A DNA stretch of 64,000 nucleotides from Planctomycetota bacterium. GTDB lineage: Bacteria; Planctomycetota; PLA2; JAEUHO01. The DNA lies in the NCBI GenBank assembly GCA_965223505.1, contig CBDCWP010000012.1, forward strand, positions 64,001 to 128,000. The letters run 5' to 3'. The notes under the pieces are model-generated. The model did not search any database. It was not told where the DNA came from and saw only the letters and a list, made by a program, of their open reading frames with translations. How positions within the stretch are numbered: the stretch's first letter is position 1; the number at the start of each line of letters is the position of its first letter. The translations under genes were made by a program, and so were the position numbers. Below, one piece after another: positions 9,571 to 19,456 of the stretch.

Positions 9571-10392
9571 ATGCTCTCCGTCGACGCCGCGGCGATCGAC
9601 GACGGCGACGTCGCCAGTCGGATGCAGTGCATCTACGAGGCGTTCATCGCCCGGGTGCCGTACGAGAATCTCTCGAACAACCGAGCGGTGTGCGAGCACC
9701 CGGACGACCCCGAGAGCTGGCCCCGCGCGACGGACAAGCTCCTGCGCGAAAACGCGGCGTACGGGCTCGGCGGCACGAGCTTCTCGCTGGCGTATGCGCT
9801 CCGGGACGTGTTCCGCGGCGCCGGGTCGAACGCGCACTGCGCGCTGGGCTACAACCTCGTCACCGAGCAGGCGCATGCGGCGGTGCTCGTCTACTACGAC
9901 GACGGCCCGGTGCTCTACGACCCCGCGCTGCTCATGGCGGGCCCGATCCCGGTCCGGCCGGGCGGCACGCTCGAGGACCCGCTCGGCACGTTCGCGCTCC
10001 AGCCGCGCTGCGGCCCGACGCTGACGGTGACCTTGACGCTGCGGCCGGAGCTACGGCAGGACGTCACGTCCCAGCCGGCCTGGGTCGACCCCGGCTACGG
10101 CCTCGAGGACGAGCGCGCGATCTACTCGGTCATTCCCATACCGGCGGCGCCGCACAACTACCGTCAGGCCTGGCAGGCGTCGTTCTATCGGGGCCGCTCC
10201 ATGCCGTTGCGTCTGGCCCGACGTGTCGGCAACGAGATCTACCGCTACGGCGAGCGGCCCGGCAGCGTCGAGATCCTGCGCAAGACGGGGCGCGAGGAGC
10301 TGTGCGTGGACGCCGAGCCGGTGGAGATCCTGCACGAGATCTTCGGCATCGATACGGAGTGTCTGGAGGACTGGTACCGGACGCGGACGTAG
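9571..10392 (+). CDS. Arylamine N-acetyltransferase-like protein (Ser at the catalytic Cys position)
   Basis: VPYENL, GGTSFSL, HAAVLV and YDP motifs; start could instead be TTG 9541. Confidence 0.72.
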   Translation: MLSVDAAAIDDGDVASRMQCIYEAFIARVPYENLSNNRAVCEHPDDPESWPRATDKLLRENAAYGLGGTSFSLAYALRDVFRGAGSNAHCALGYNLVTEQAHAAVLVYYDDGPVLYDPALLMAGPIPVRPGGTLEDPLGTFALQPRCGPTLTVTLTLRPELRQDVTSQPAWVDPGYGLEDERAIYSVIPIPAAPHNYRQAWQASFYRGRSMPLRLARRVGNEIYRYGERPGSVEILRKTGREELCVDAEPVEILHEIFGIDTECLEDWYRTRT

Positions 10393-10443
10393 CGCTCGCG
10401 ATCGGGGGCCGGCGGCATCGTCGGAAGGCACCAACCGGTTCGC

Positions 10444-10468
10444 GGGCGGGGTCAAGCCCCGCCCCTAC
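10444..10468 (-). repeat. GTAG-type REP palindrome
   Basis: Minus strand GTAGGGGCGGGGCTTGACCCCGCCC: GTAG head plus a perfect 8-bp stem, between convergent genes. Confidence 0.7.
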
Positions 10469-10535
10469 GCGGACCAGGACGCCTACGGCCGCCTGGTCCT
10501 TTCCCACGAACGAGATCGCGTTCCGCGATCTCGTT

Positions 10536-13460
10536 CTATTGCACCTGCCGCACCGTGACCATGACGACGATCTTGCGTCCGTCGCTCACGCCCGGCATGT
10601 CGATCGGAAGCAGCAACGACTCGCCGTCCTTCATCTGTTGCCCATCCGAGAAATCGGAGACGCGATGCCAGCGGGGGAGCTGAATCGCCGCTTCCTTGAT
10701 CGGCACACCCGGATACGACTTCGTCTCGATGCCCGCGAGCTTCGCGGCGCGCGCGCGCACCCGCACGGGCCGGAACCCGTTCTCGTCCGTCAGGCCGGGC
10801 CGAATCTCGACGAGGAGCCCCTCTTCCGCGACGCCGTACACCGGCGTGTACCGCTTCGTCTTCTCGTCGACGCTGCGGATGTAGATGTCCTTCGTGATCT
10901 GTCGCACGCGCAGGTTCTGGTGGACGACCTGCTGGGTGGCACGCACCGGCAGCTTGATGTCCGTCGCGTACAGACTGTCGTCGGCTGCGCTACCGATGCG
11001 GCGCCGCAGCTCGACGCTCGCCCGCTCGTCCGCCAGGAAGGAGCCGTTCTCGGTCGCCTCGACGCCTTCGAGCGACGTCCAGTCCGTCAGCCGGTCCTGG
11101 GCTGCAATGACCGATGTGACGTGAATCTCGAACAGGTCGTTCTCGTGCGCCATGAGCGCGTCGATCTGCTTCTGTAGCTCGGCGTGCTCGACCTTTCCGA
11201 GCGTCGCCGTCAACGTGTTGTCGGTCACGCTGAGGATGTCCGGCGCCAGGTCGATGCCCGCGCGTCGCGCGAGAATGTCCTCCAGGTAGTCATTGCGGTA
11301 CTCGCGAAGGACGGAGAGCGGCGGCGGAATCGTCGCGGCGCGCAGGTTCACGGGCCAACCTTCGTACACGAATTGATCGATGAACTCGTTGAACGATCGC
11401 AGGTCGTAGTCCCGGCGGATCGAGTCGTCCGGGATGATCCGGCTCGAAGGCGGCAGCGCGGGCGCCGTGTCCGGTGTCGCGACGTCGCGCGGGCGAACGC
11501 CGATCAGGACGATCAGTTGCTCGCGCTCGCCGTTCGACGCGGGGAACGGATTCCGCAGGCCCAGTAGCATGAACGTCGAGGCGTGCTCCAACTCGCGGTC
11601 GGCCTCGATGCGCTGCTCCGTGAGGAGCGGGACACGCGTGTGCCGAAGTCCGCCGCTCTGCTTCGGTACGTTCACGGAGCTGACGGGCTCCCGAACGCTG
11701 CCGACGACGGAGAGCGCGGCGCGCGCCTGGCCCATCGTGCGGCGCGGCTTCATGTCCTCGACGTACAGATCCAACCAGACGCCGTAGCGCGCGGCGTCGG
11801 GGGGCACCGTCAGCGGCGGCGGCGTCAGTCCCTGGAAGACCGGATGGTCCTTCGTGAGGTCGGTCACGTGCAGCACCGTTGCGTGCTCGGTGCCCATGTC
11901 GAGCGTCACGCTGCCGACGTGGAGCAACGGGTCGCCGGGCAGCTGCTGGAGGTGTTCGACGCACTCGCTCACCAGCTTGTTGCGCACGACGAGCTCGTGG
12001 CCGCTCTCATTGAATTTCGCGAACACACCGAGGGACTCGGTCGCCTGAACGATCGTGCCGAGGTTGCCCGCCATCAGATGGACGTCGATCACCATCTCGA
12101 GCGGTTCGGCGCGGAACGGCGCGATCAGCTCGCGCTCGATGCGGCGGTGGACGGACTCGCTGTCCTGGATGCAGATGACGTGACCGAAGCGCGCGCGCAC
12201 GCGCGGCGCCTGCTCCGCCCGCCGGGAACCCGGCCGCCGAACGGGGCGGCCGCTGGTCGACCACTCCCCGCGGATCTGTCTTCGGATCCAGCGCTCCGCC
12301 CACCGTGCGCGGGTGAGCAGGCTGTCGTCCTTCCCCGCGCTGAGTCCGCCATCGAACTTCGAGGCCTGCATCCCGCCGAAGCGCCGCTCCCCGCGCGGCG
12401 GCGACATCTCGTAGAAACGCAGCGGATCACTCGTGTCGTCGGACGCCGTGAAGTTGTCCGCCAGGAAACGGTAGAAGCGATTCTCGTGTCCACCGACCTT
12501 CTTGGACGGGTCCGGCGGCACCGGCTCCGGCGCGAAGCTCAGGCCGAGCTTGCGCCCCTCCGTGTGGGTTTCGCGCATCCACATGAGCAGGTCGAGCCGG
12601 TCGCGCGACAAGTCGTCCGCGTCCATGACGTCGGACGTCACCCGGAAGCTGCTGTCGTCGATGGCGAGGATCGCCTGGCGAAACGAGTCGTCCGCCTCGA
12701 CGAACCGCTCTTCCTTGTAGAAGCGCCGTCCCGTCTCGAACAGCGCGCGCACGTTCTCCCGCAGACGCTGGTACTCCTCGATCTGCAGCGTCTGGACGAA
12801 GCGCAGGAGGTTTCCGATCAGCTCTCCGCGGTTCGGGAGCTTCTGCTCGATCTGCTGGAGCAGCCGCTGCGCGTCCTGGTACTCGGACTCGTGTGGCTTT
12901 GCCGCGCCCTGGGCCCGGTAGCACGCTTGGCGGGCGTCTTGATAGCGCCCTTCGCGAAACGCCTTCTTCGCGCGCAGGAGGAAGTCGCGGACCTCTTCAC
13001 GCCGCTGCTTGTCGATGGCGGCCAGCTCCTGCGCGAAGCGCTCACCTCGATCCTGCTCGCTCTTGATGCGCGCGCGCTCCTGCGCGAGCTTCTTCTTCTC
13101 GTCCTGGGCCCACTCGTGATCGGACGCCTTGAGCTGGCGGTCGGCGAGGATCTGGTCCCAGATCGCGATCGCGTCGTCGTAGCGCTCCAGGTTCCGCAAG
13201 CACCGGGCGGCGCCCTTCAAGACCTTGCCGCGCCGCACGTCGCCGAGCGCAGCGCGGTCTTCCAACAGGCTCTCGTAGATGGCGAGCGCTTCCTCGAACG
13301 ACTTCTCCTGGAGCTCCTTCTGGCGCGCGTCCACGAGGCGCGCGTCGATGTCCAATTCGTCGCTCGCCGCCGGCGGCGCGATGCCGAAGATCACCAGGGC
13401 GAGAAGCGACGCGGACCACAGGACGCGCGCCGACGGGGGAGTCAGTTGGATGTTCATCAC
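10536..13460 (-). CDS. Exported TPR protein with two degenerate secretin-like modules
   Basis: Signal peptide; TPR-like helices; two repeats of an N3-like helix followed by secretin-like strands, ending LIVLIGVRP and IVVMVTVRQVQ. Confidence 0.6.
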   Translation of the reverse strand: MMNIQLTPPSARVLWSASLLALVIFGIAPPAASDELDIDARLVDARQKELQEKSFEEALAIYESLLEDRAALGDVRRGKVLKGAARCLRNLERYDDAIAIWDQILADRQLKASDHEWAQDEKKKLAQERARIKSEQDRGERFAQELAAIDKQRREEVRDFLLRAKKAFREGRYQDARQACYRAQGAAKPHESEYQDAQRLLQQIEQKLPNRGELIGNLLRFVQTLQIEEYQRLRENVRALFETGRRFYKEERFVEADDSFRQAILAIDDSSFRVTSDVMDADDLSRDRLDLLMWMRETHTEGRKLGLSFAPEPVPPDPSKKVGGHENRFYRFLADNFTASDDTSDPLRFYEMSPPRGERRFGGMQASKFDGGLSAGKDDSLLTRARWAERWIRRQIRGEWSTSGRPVRRPGSRRAEQAPRVRARFGHVICIQDSESVHRRIERELIAPFRAEPLEMVIDVHLMAGNLGTIVQATESLGVFAKFNESGHELVVRNKLVSECVEHLQQLPGDPLLHVGSVTLDMGTEHATVLHVTDLTKDHPVFQGLTPPPLTVPPDAARYGVWLDLYVEDMKPRRTMGQARAALSVVGSVREPVSSVNVPKQSGGLRHTRVPLLTEQRIEADRELEHASTFMLLGLRNPFPASNGEREQLIVLIGVRPRDVATPDTAPALPPSSRIIPDDSIRRDYDLRSFNEFIDQFVYEGWPVNLRAATIPPPLSVLREYRNDYLEDILARRAGIDLAPDILSVTDNTLTATLGKVEHAELQKQIDALMAHENDLFEIHVTSVIAAQDRLTDWTSLEGVEATENGSFLADERASVELRRRIGSAADDSLYATDIKLPVRATQQVVHQNLRVRQITKDIYIRSVDEKTKRYTPVYGVAEEGLLVEIRPGLTDENGFRPVRVRARAAKLAGIETKSYPGVPIKEAAIQLPRWHRVSDFSDGQQMKDGESLLLPIDMPGVSDGRKIVVMVTVRQVQ

Positions 13461-13514
13461 GACCCCATAGGGGAACGAACGATCCAGGCCGGTGCAAGCT
13501 CGGTTCGCGCGTTT

Positions 13515-14171
13515 CTACGCGAGGGCGCCTGCAACGGCCTGCGCGGCGCGCACCGGGTCCGCCGCGTCGAGGATGCCGCTGCCGACCGCGACGCGCCGCG
13601 CCCCCGCGGCGGCAAGCGACGCGACGTTGGCCGGCGTGATGCCGCCGATGGGGAAGACCGGCAAATCGCCGGCCGCCGGCAGGCTGCGTCGCACGAGCGC
13701 CGCGCCCCCGGGCGCGAGCTCGAGCTCCTTGGAGCCGGTCTCGAAGCACGGCCCCAGGCCGACGTAGTCCACCGGCAGCGAGCGCGCCTCGCGAACCTCG
13801 CGTTCGTCGTGCGTCGACAGACCCAAGATCGCGTCGGGGCCGAGCAGCGCGCGCGCCGCCACCGCGTCCATGTCGTCCTGGCCGACGTGCGCGCCGTCCG
13901 CGCCGGCGTCCTGCACGAGGTCCGGGCGATCGTTGAGGATCAACAATGCGAAGTGCGGGCGCAGGCGCTGCGCCCACGCCACGATCCGCTCGTCGGGTTG
14001 GCCCTTCGCGCGTAGCTGCACCATGTCGACATTGCGCAGGCGCTGCAGCGTGTCGAGCCAGTCGCCCTTCGCGACGTGGGGCGAGACGATCAAGCAGATG
14101 CGTGTCGTGTCGGCGCGCAATCGCGCGCGTCGCCGCTCGCCGCTGCCCGCGGCCGACGTCACGGCGTCCAT
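13515..14171 (-). CDS. thiE: Thiamine-phosphate synthase
   Basis: VQLRAK, LILNDRPDL, GAHVGQDD, GLSTH, DYVGLGP, PVFPIGGIT. Confidence 0.93.
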   Translation of the reverse strand: MDAVTSAAGSGERRRARLRADTTRICLIVSPHVAKGDWLDTLQRLRNVDMVQLRAKGQPDERIVAWAQRLRPHFALLILNDRPDLVQDAGADGAHVGQDDMDAVAARALLGPDAILGLSTHDEREVREARSLPVDYVGLGPCFETGSKELELAPGGAALVRRSLPAAGDLPVFPIGGITPANVASLAAAGARRVAVGSGILDAADPVRAAQAVAGALA

Positions 14172-14824
14172 CCCGCCGGAAATGGATCCGGCGCGCGGCG
14201 CTGCCGGCGCCAGCTCGGCTCGGCGCCGTCGGGCGTCTTGGGCAACGGACGAACCATGTAGCTGTCGCCCCCGAGCGGGAACCCGATGACGGGCTGGCCT
14301 TCGTCGAGGCCGTACAGAAACGCCGGCGGCGCGAAGAGGCCCATGCTCGTTCTCGGCGCGTCCGGCGCGAACGCTTCGATCGTCGTCGGGAATCCGCCGG
14401 CGGCGCGCGCGCCGGCTTGGCGCCAGGTCGCGCGCAACGCGTCGGCGCCCTGCATCGAGGTCTCGACGTCCCCGACCTTTACTTGCGACCCGACGAGGAC
14501 GCCGAGCACGATGAACGCCGCCAGCGCGCCCGCGCGCGACGGATGCGGGCCGAGGTCGGGCCACCCGTAGAAGCGGCGCGTGCCCCACGAGGCGCCGCCG
14601 AAGATCGCCACGATCGGCGCGCCGACCCAACCGATGGAGAACAGCACGTCCCCATGCCCGTGGTCGTAGCGCGCGAGCTCCATCCACAGCGCGAAGCACA
14701 CGGCGCAGAGAGCCGCGAGCGGCGCATGGCGCCATTTCTTGAGGCTGTCGACGCAGAGGGAGGCGGCAGCGAACGAGACGACCAGGAGGCAAGCGGCGAG
14801 CGAGGCGGACATCGTTCGCGTCAT
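14159..14824 (-). CDS. Hypothetical membrane protein (~4 TM)
   Basis: Hydrophobic segments; stop overlaps the thiE start region. Confidence 0.6.
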   Translation of the reverse strand: MTRTMSASLAACLLVVSFAAASLCVDSLKKWRHAPLAALCAVCFALWMELARYDHGHGDVLFSIGWVGAPIVAIFGGASWGTRRFYGWPDLGPHPSRAGALAAFIVLGVLVGSQVKVGDVETSMQGADALRATWRQAGARAAGGFPTTIEAFAPDAPRTSMGLFAPPAFLYGLDEGQPVIGFPLGGDSYMVRPLPKTPDGAEPSWRRQRRAPDPFPAGWTP

Positions 14825-14906
14825 GTTGGGGCGCGGGACCGGCCCGAGACCCGAAATTCGGGGTCTTCCTCGAGGCCTGAATGTGAGGGATGCATTCAGG
14901 CCGTGA

Positions 14907-15710
14907 ATGTCCGTCGCGGCGGCGGCCCTCTTCCATCGGGAGGTCGCGGACCTCGTCGGCACCTCGTTCGTCTATCCCTTCGGCCGCGACGAGGTCATCG
15001 ACGTCGAGCTGCGCGAAAACGAGACGATGAACACCGAGCTCGACGACGCCTGCCGCCGCGCCCACGCATCGGTCGAGCCGGGCGCCTACGTCTGCGTTGC
15101 GCTGAGCGATACCGGCGAGGGCATGCCGCCCGCCGTCCGGCGGCGCGTCTTCGAGCCCTTCTTCACGACGAAGTCGCGCGCCGATGCCCGCGGTCTCGGG
15201 TTGACGAGCGTTTACGGCATCGTGAAGGAGAACGGCGGCAACGTCTGGGCCTACAGCGAGCTTGGCCACGGCAGCACGTTCAAGATCTACCTGCCGCGCG
15301 TCGAGCCGGCGACGCGCCCCGCGGTTGCGAGCGCCGCGTCGAGCGACAAGACGGTGCTCGTCGTCGAGGACGAGTCGGATGTCCGGGCGCTGGTGCGCGA
15401 GGTGCTCGAGTCGGCGTCGTTCTCCGTGCTGGAGGCGCGCAACGGAACCGAGGGGGTGCGCATCGTCGAGCAGTACGAGGGGGACGTGCAGCTGATGATC
15501 AGCGACATCGTGATGCCTCGCATGGGCGGGCCGGACATGGCCGAGAAGGTGCAGGCCGTGCATCCCGAGATCCCGGTGATCTTCATGTCGGGCTATACGC
15601 CGAGGGACGTCGTGCGCAGGCGCTTGCTGCGCGAGAGTGACATCTACCTGCAGGAGCCGTCTACGCCGGATCAGCTGGTCGGCAAGGTGCGAGACGTTCT
15701 GGTGAGGTAG
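14907..15710 (+). pseudogene. Truncated CckA-like hybrid kinase (partial HATPase_c + receiver)
   Basis: SDTGEGM, FEPFFTTK, GLGL, GSTFKIYLP and a receiver domain; no HisKA or N-box; receiver KP reads EP. Confidence 0.7.
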
Positions 15711-15774
15711 GGGCAGCCATCGTGGCGGCCCAACCAGGCGCGTTCCTGTCGGGCGACCACGAGGGTCGCGTTAC
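15707..15774. repeat. GTAG-type REP-like doublet
   Basis: GTAGGGGCAGCCATCGTGGCGGCCC...GGGCGACCACGAGGGTCGCGTTAC; 17 bp at 15751-15767 is the exact reverse complement of 22637-22653. Confidence 0.7.
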
Positions 15775-17012
15775 GAGCGCTCTTCCTTGCGGGCGCGCCT
15801 GGCCGCGCGATGCTTGGCGACGTATCCCTCGAGCAATGCGAGCTGCTTGACGTAGTTCTGCTCGTCGACGCCGGCGGGACTCTTGAAGTACGACGCGGTG
15901 TGCAGCATCAATCCGCTTTCGCCGTTCGCCTGCGCGAACGACGCGAACCGCGCGAGGTCCAGGATCAACGGCGCCGCCAGCGCGGAGTCGTTGCCCTGCC
16001 ACGTGAACTGCATCGACATGCGCGCGCCCATGAAGCCCTCGAAGTGCACGTAGTCCCAAGCGACCTTCCAGTCGTCCAGGCTCGGGACGTAGTCGATCGT
16101 CACCTTCGTGTGCGCGTCGTCGTGACCGAGGATCTGCCGCACCGCCTTGTCCTTCGAGATCGTCTTGCTCTCGCGCGCCTTCGGGTCGTTCAGCACGAAC
16201 CCGTCGCGGTTGCCGAGCATGTTGTAGCCCTCCCACGAGAGGACGTTCAAAGCGCGGCCGGCGAACATCGGTGCCAGCGCCGTCTTGACGAGCGTCTCGC
16301 CCGTCTTGCCGTCGGCGCCCATGTGCGCCACGCCGCGCTCGTCGGCCAACCGCATCAACGCCGGAATCGTGCTGCCGGGCGAAGGCGTGAAGTTGACGTA
16401 CGGAAATCCTGCGTCGAGCGCGGCATACGCGTTGACGACGCTGCAGCTCAACCCATCACGCGGGCTGTCGCCATCCATGACCTTGCGGAAGGCGTCGAGG
16501 TCCGCGTACTCGATCGGAAGCTGCGCGGGCGGCTCGGTGCTCGAAACGTTGACCACGACGACGGTGTCGAGCTCGTTGCGCTCTTGGAACGAGCGCAGGT
16601 CGCTCTGGATCGCCGCGACGGTCTCACGCGGGCTCTCCGTGACGTGCGCGTGGCGTGCGGCCATCGTGCGGACGGCGTCACTGGGGTTCACCAGGAAGCC
16701 CGGACGAATCTCGGCGTCCATCGCCTGGATGTCCTCATGCAGCACGTGCAAGAGCGTGTTGTCGAGGATGCCGACACGCTGCGAGAACTCGAGCGCCGCG
16801 CAGTGGAAATCCGTGTCGCGCACCTCGTGGCCGCCGAACACCAGCTTTTGCAGGTCGGGCAGGTCGAGCCCCGCAAGGAGCGGGGACTCGGTCAGCATGC
16901 CGACGGGGGGTTTGAACCCACGTGCGATCGCGCGCGCGCCGACGACGGTCAGGGTGGACACGCCGCCACAGGCGCCGATCAGCCATACGCCGGTCTTGCC
17001 GGTCGTCATCAT
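15771..17012 (-). CDS. ino1: myo-inositol-1-phosphate synthase
   Basis: NVSSTEP, YVNFTPS, GADGKTGETLVK, NMLGNRDG, DSALAAPLILDL, YFKSP. Confidence 0.93.
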   Translation of the reverse strand: MMTTGKTGVWLIGACGGVSTLTVVGARAIARGFKPPVGMLTESPLLAGLDLPDLQKLVFGGHEVRDTDFHCAALEFSQRVGILDNTLLHVLHEDIQAMDAEIRPGFLVNPSDAVRTMAARHAHVTESPRETVAAIQSDLRSFQERNELDTVVVVNVSSTEPPAQLPIEYADLDAFRKVMDGDSPRDGLSCSVVNAYAALDAGFPYVNFTPSPGSTIPALMRLADERGVAHMGADGKTGETLVKTALAPMFAGRALNVLSWEGYNMLGNRDGFVLNDPKARESKTISKDKAVRQILGHDDAHTKVTIDYVPSLDDWKVAWDYVHFEGFMGARMSMQFTWQGNDSALAAPLILDLARFASFAQANGESGLMLHTASYFKSPAGVDEQNYVKQLALLEGYVAKHRAARRARKEERS

Positions 17013-18025
17013 CGATCTCCCATTGCGGGGCGTCTGGGTGTAGCGCCGCTCGCATCGTTCGGGACGGAATGCCCCCGTTCGGCCGCGTTCCGTCGCAGGT
17101 CCTGATATCGCGCCACCACGTCCCGGCGGTGCGGCGGGACCGGAGGCAACGCCGCCCGCCCGCGGGCCAGCACGGCAGCTCGCCGTTGCTGCAGCGCGCG
17201 TTCGCGCTCGTCGTTCGCGCCTCCCAGCGCCCGCGCGATCTCCTCGGGGGCAGCATGTCCGTCATCCAGCGCGGCGGCCAGCGCGTCGTCGCCCTCTGCG
17301 GCCTCACGCGCCTTCGTGCGCGCCCTCGGGTCGTCGAGCGTCCGGGCCAGCTCGGCGGGATCCACGTTGCCGTCACGCGACAGGCCCAGCGCGTGTCGCA
17401 CGCGTTCGCGCGCCGCGGCGCGGGCGTCGGCGCGGACCGCCTCGGCATCCGCCGCGCGCGCGGCCTCGGCCGGGCCACCTGCTGCGGCGGGCGTCCCGCC
17501 CGACGACGGCGACGCGTCGGCCGCTTTCGACGCGTCGGTACGGGCAGGCCCGAGCACGGCGACGGCCGCCAGCAAGACGGCCGCGACCGTCGTCGCCAGG
17601 CCGGCCGGCGGCAACAGCCGTACGCGCGGTGGCGACGGCACCGCCGGATGCGCCCAGGCAGCTTCCGACGCGGCCGGTCCGTCGACGACCGCGGCCGTGA
17701 GCCCGCGCTCGTTGGCGCGCGCCAGGCGGTCGAGCGCCCAAGCCGCGTCGGCGATCTCGGTGCGCGGCGCGCCCCGCGCGGCGCGGATGCCCACGACGAA
17801 GCCGGCAAGCAGCCCGGCTCCGAGCAAGATCGGGACGTTCACCTGCGGCGCGACGTCCGGCGCGATCATCAACCTGCGCGCGAGTCCGAGCACGGCGCCG
17901 CCGAGCAGCCCGATCCCGATCGGCCGCAGCGCCGCGTTCCATGCGCGACGTCGGTTCACACGCCGCGCGAGGTCACGCGCGGCCTGCGCCCAGGTCGTTC
18001 CGCTCGAGGTGCGTGCTTCGGCCAC
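17009..18025 (-). CDS. Hypothetical Ala-rich membrane protein
   Basis: Three hydrophobic segments; start/stop overlaps with both neighbours (TAGTG, ATGA). Confidence 0.65.
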   Translation of the reverse strand: MAEARTSSGTTWAQAARDLARRVNRRRAWNAALRPIGIGLLGGAVLGLARRLMIAPDVAPQVNVPILLGAGLLAGFVVGIRAARGAPRTEIADAAWALDRLARANERGLTAAVVDGPAASEAAWAHPAVPSPPRVRLLPPAGLATTVAAVLLAAVAVLGPARTDASKAADASPSSGGTPAAAGGPAEAARAADAEAVRADARAAARERVRHALGLSRDGNVDPAELARTLDDPRARTKAREAAEGDDALAAALDDGHAAPEEIARALGGANDERERALQQRRAAVLARGRAALPPVPPHRRDVVARYQDLRRNAAERGHSVPNDASGATPRRPAMGDR

Positions 18026-19269
18026 TACTTGTCTTCGCCCTCATCGTCGTCCTTGGCAGGCGCCTTCTTCGGCGGCGCGATCGGCTTGGCGCCGTCGCCC
18101 TTCACGTCCAACGGTTCCTTCGAGAAGATGACCTCGAGGAACAGCTCGGTTTCCCTGTTCAGCTCCGGAATGCGCTCGAAGTTGTACTGGTAGTTGTTGA
18201 GCAGCGACGACTGGAGGGCCACCTCGACGATGGCGCCGGCATTGGGCCAAACGGTCACGATGAGCCCGCGCGACTCGGAGAGCAGCGCCTCCTCGCCCGT
18301 CTCGAAGTCGTCGTGGCGCATCGACCCCCCGAACTTGAAGCAGTCGTGGGGGAGCACCGTGCCCGTCGACGGGTCGATGACCCAGTCGGTGGCCCGCGCG
18401 ACGTGGACGCCCTCGTCGTTCTCGTACTTCAGGTACACGTAGACGGTGTCACCCGTCGCAAGCAGCCACTTCGGGTCCTGCGGATCGCTGTCCGGATCCG
18501 GGCGGCTGAACATGCCTTGCTCGAACCCGGCTGCGAGCATGCCTTTGTAGACCGCCGTCGGCAGCCCTGCGAGCGCGCGATACGGGTTCTCGTTCACGAC
18601 GGCCGGACTCTTGTCGCCGACGAGGTGCACGAGCGTCTCGTGACTCGACTCGGGATAGCGCGTCACGAAGAACTCGATGGGCATGTTCGTGCGGGGCGAC
18701 ATGTTGAGGAACCCGCGCACGGACACGCGACCTTCCTCGACCTTCACGCCGTGGGCGGCGGCCTCCTTCATGAACTTCTCGCGCATGCCGCCGTCGATCG
18801 GCGTGCCGAGCTTGGGCAGCGTCGGCGCGAAGCCGGCGAGCCCGCCGCCGGACGCGAGGCCGCGAATGAGCCGTCGCTGCGACGACTTCAGGTAGCCGAT
18901 CTCGCGCTTGATCGCGATGAGGTCCTGCGAGAGGTCGCTGTAGGACTCGAAGTTGTCGTCCTCCATCTCGCGGATCTTCTCGATCAGGTAGTCGAGCTTG
19001 ACGAGCGGATCCCGCACGTCGATCGGATCGACGTAGTCGCCGTCCCCGACCTCGTCTTCGCCGCCGTTCTCGTCCGGCTCGTCGGGATAGCGCGTGCCGG
19101 CGGGGTTCGTTCGCGGGCCGTAGGCGCCGACCGGTCGGCCCCCGCCGTCCTTCTGGACGACCTGCTCGACGCGGTTCAGCCGTTCGTTCATGCAGCGTTG
19201 GGAGAGGAGCAGGCCGATCGCCGCGATGAACGTAGCGACGGAAAAGGTCAGGTTCAGCTTGCCATTCAT
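18025..19269 (-). CDS. Membrane-anchored coiled-coil protein with a YdjY-like domain
   Basis: N-terminal TM and coiled coil, then IEFFVT...SHETLV...GDTVYVYL...FKFGGS, a pattern recalled from planctomycete YdjY-domain proteins. Confidence 0.65.
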   Translation of the reverse strand: MNGKLNLTFSVATFIAAIGLLLSQRCMNERLNRVEQVVQKDGGGRPVGAYGPRTNPAGTRYPDEPDENGGEDEVGDGDYVDPIDVRDPLVKLDYLIEKIREMEDDNFESYSDLSQDLIAIKREIGYLKSSQRRLIRGLASGGGLAGFAPTLPKLGTPIDGGMREKFMKEAAAHGVKVEEGRVSVRGFLNMSPRTNMPIEFFVTRYPESSHETLVHLVGDKSPAVVNENPYRALAGLPTAVYKGMLAAGFEQGMFSRPDPDSDPQDPKWLLATGDTVYVYLKYENDEGVHVARATDWVIDPSTGTVLPHDCFKFGGSMRHDDFETGEEALLSESRGLIVTVWPNAGAIVEVALQSSLLNNYQYNFERIPELNRETELFLEVIFSKEPLDVKGDGAKPIAPPKKAPAKDDDEGEDK

Positions 19270-19456
19270 CCGATCGGCCTCCGCGGCGCACGGGGGCGCC
19301 CCCAATGGGGGCGCCATCGTACGTCCGCGCGCAGCGAGGTCGCTGCGTGTGAGCAGTGGAACGGACGGGGCACGTTAGGGTTCGGGGAGGCCGGGGGGCC
19401 CGTGCGGATCGTGCGCGCGCTCGACGGCCCCCCGCGAGGTCCGCCCTGGATCGTTC

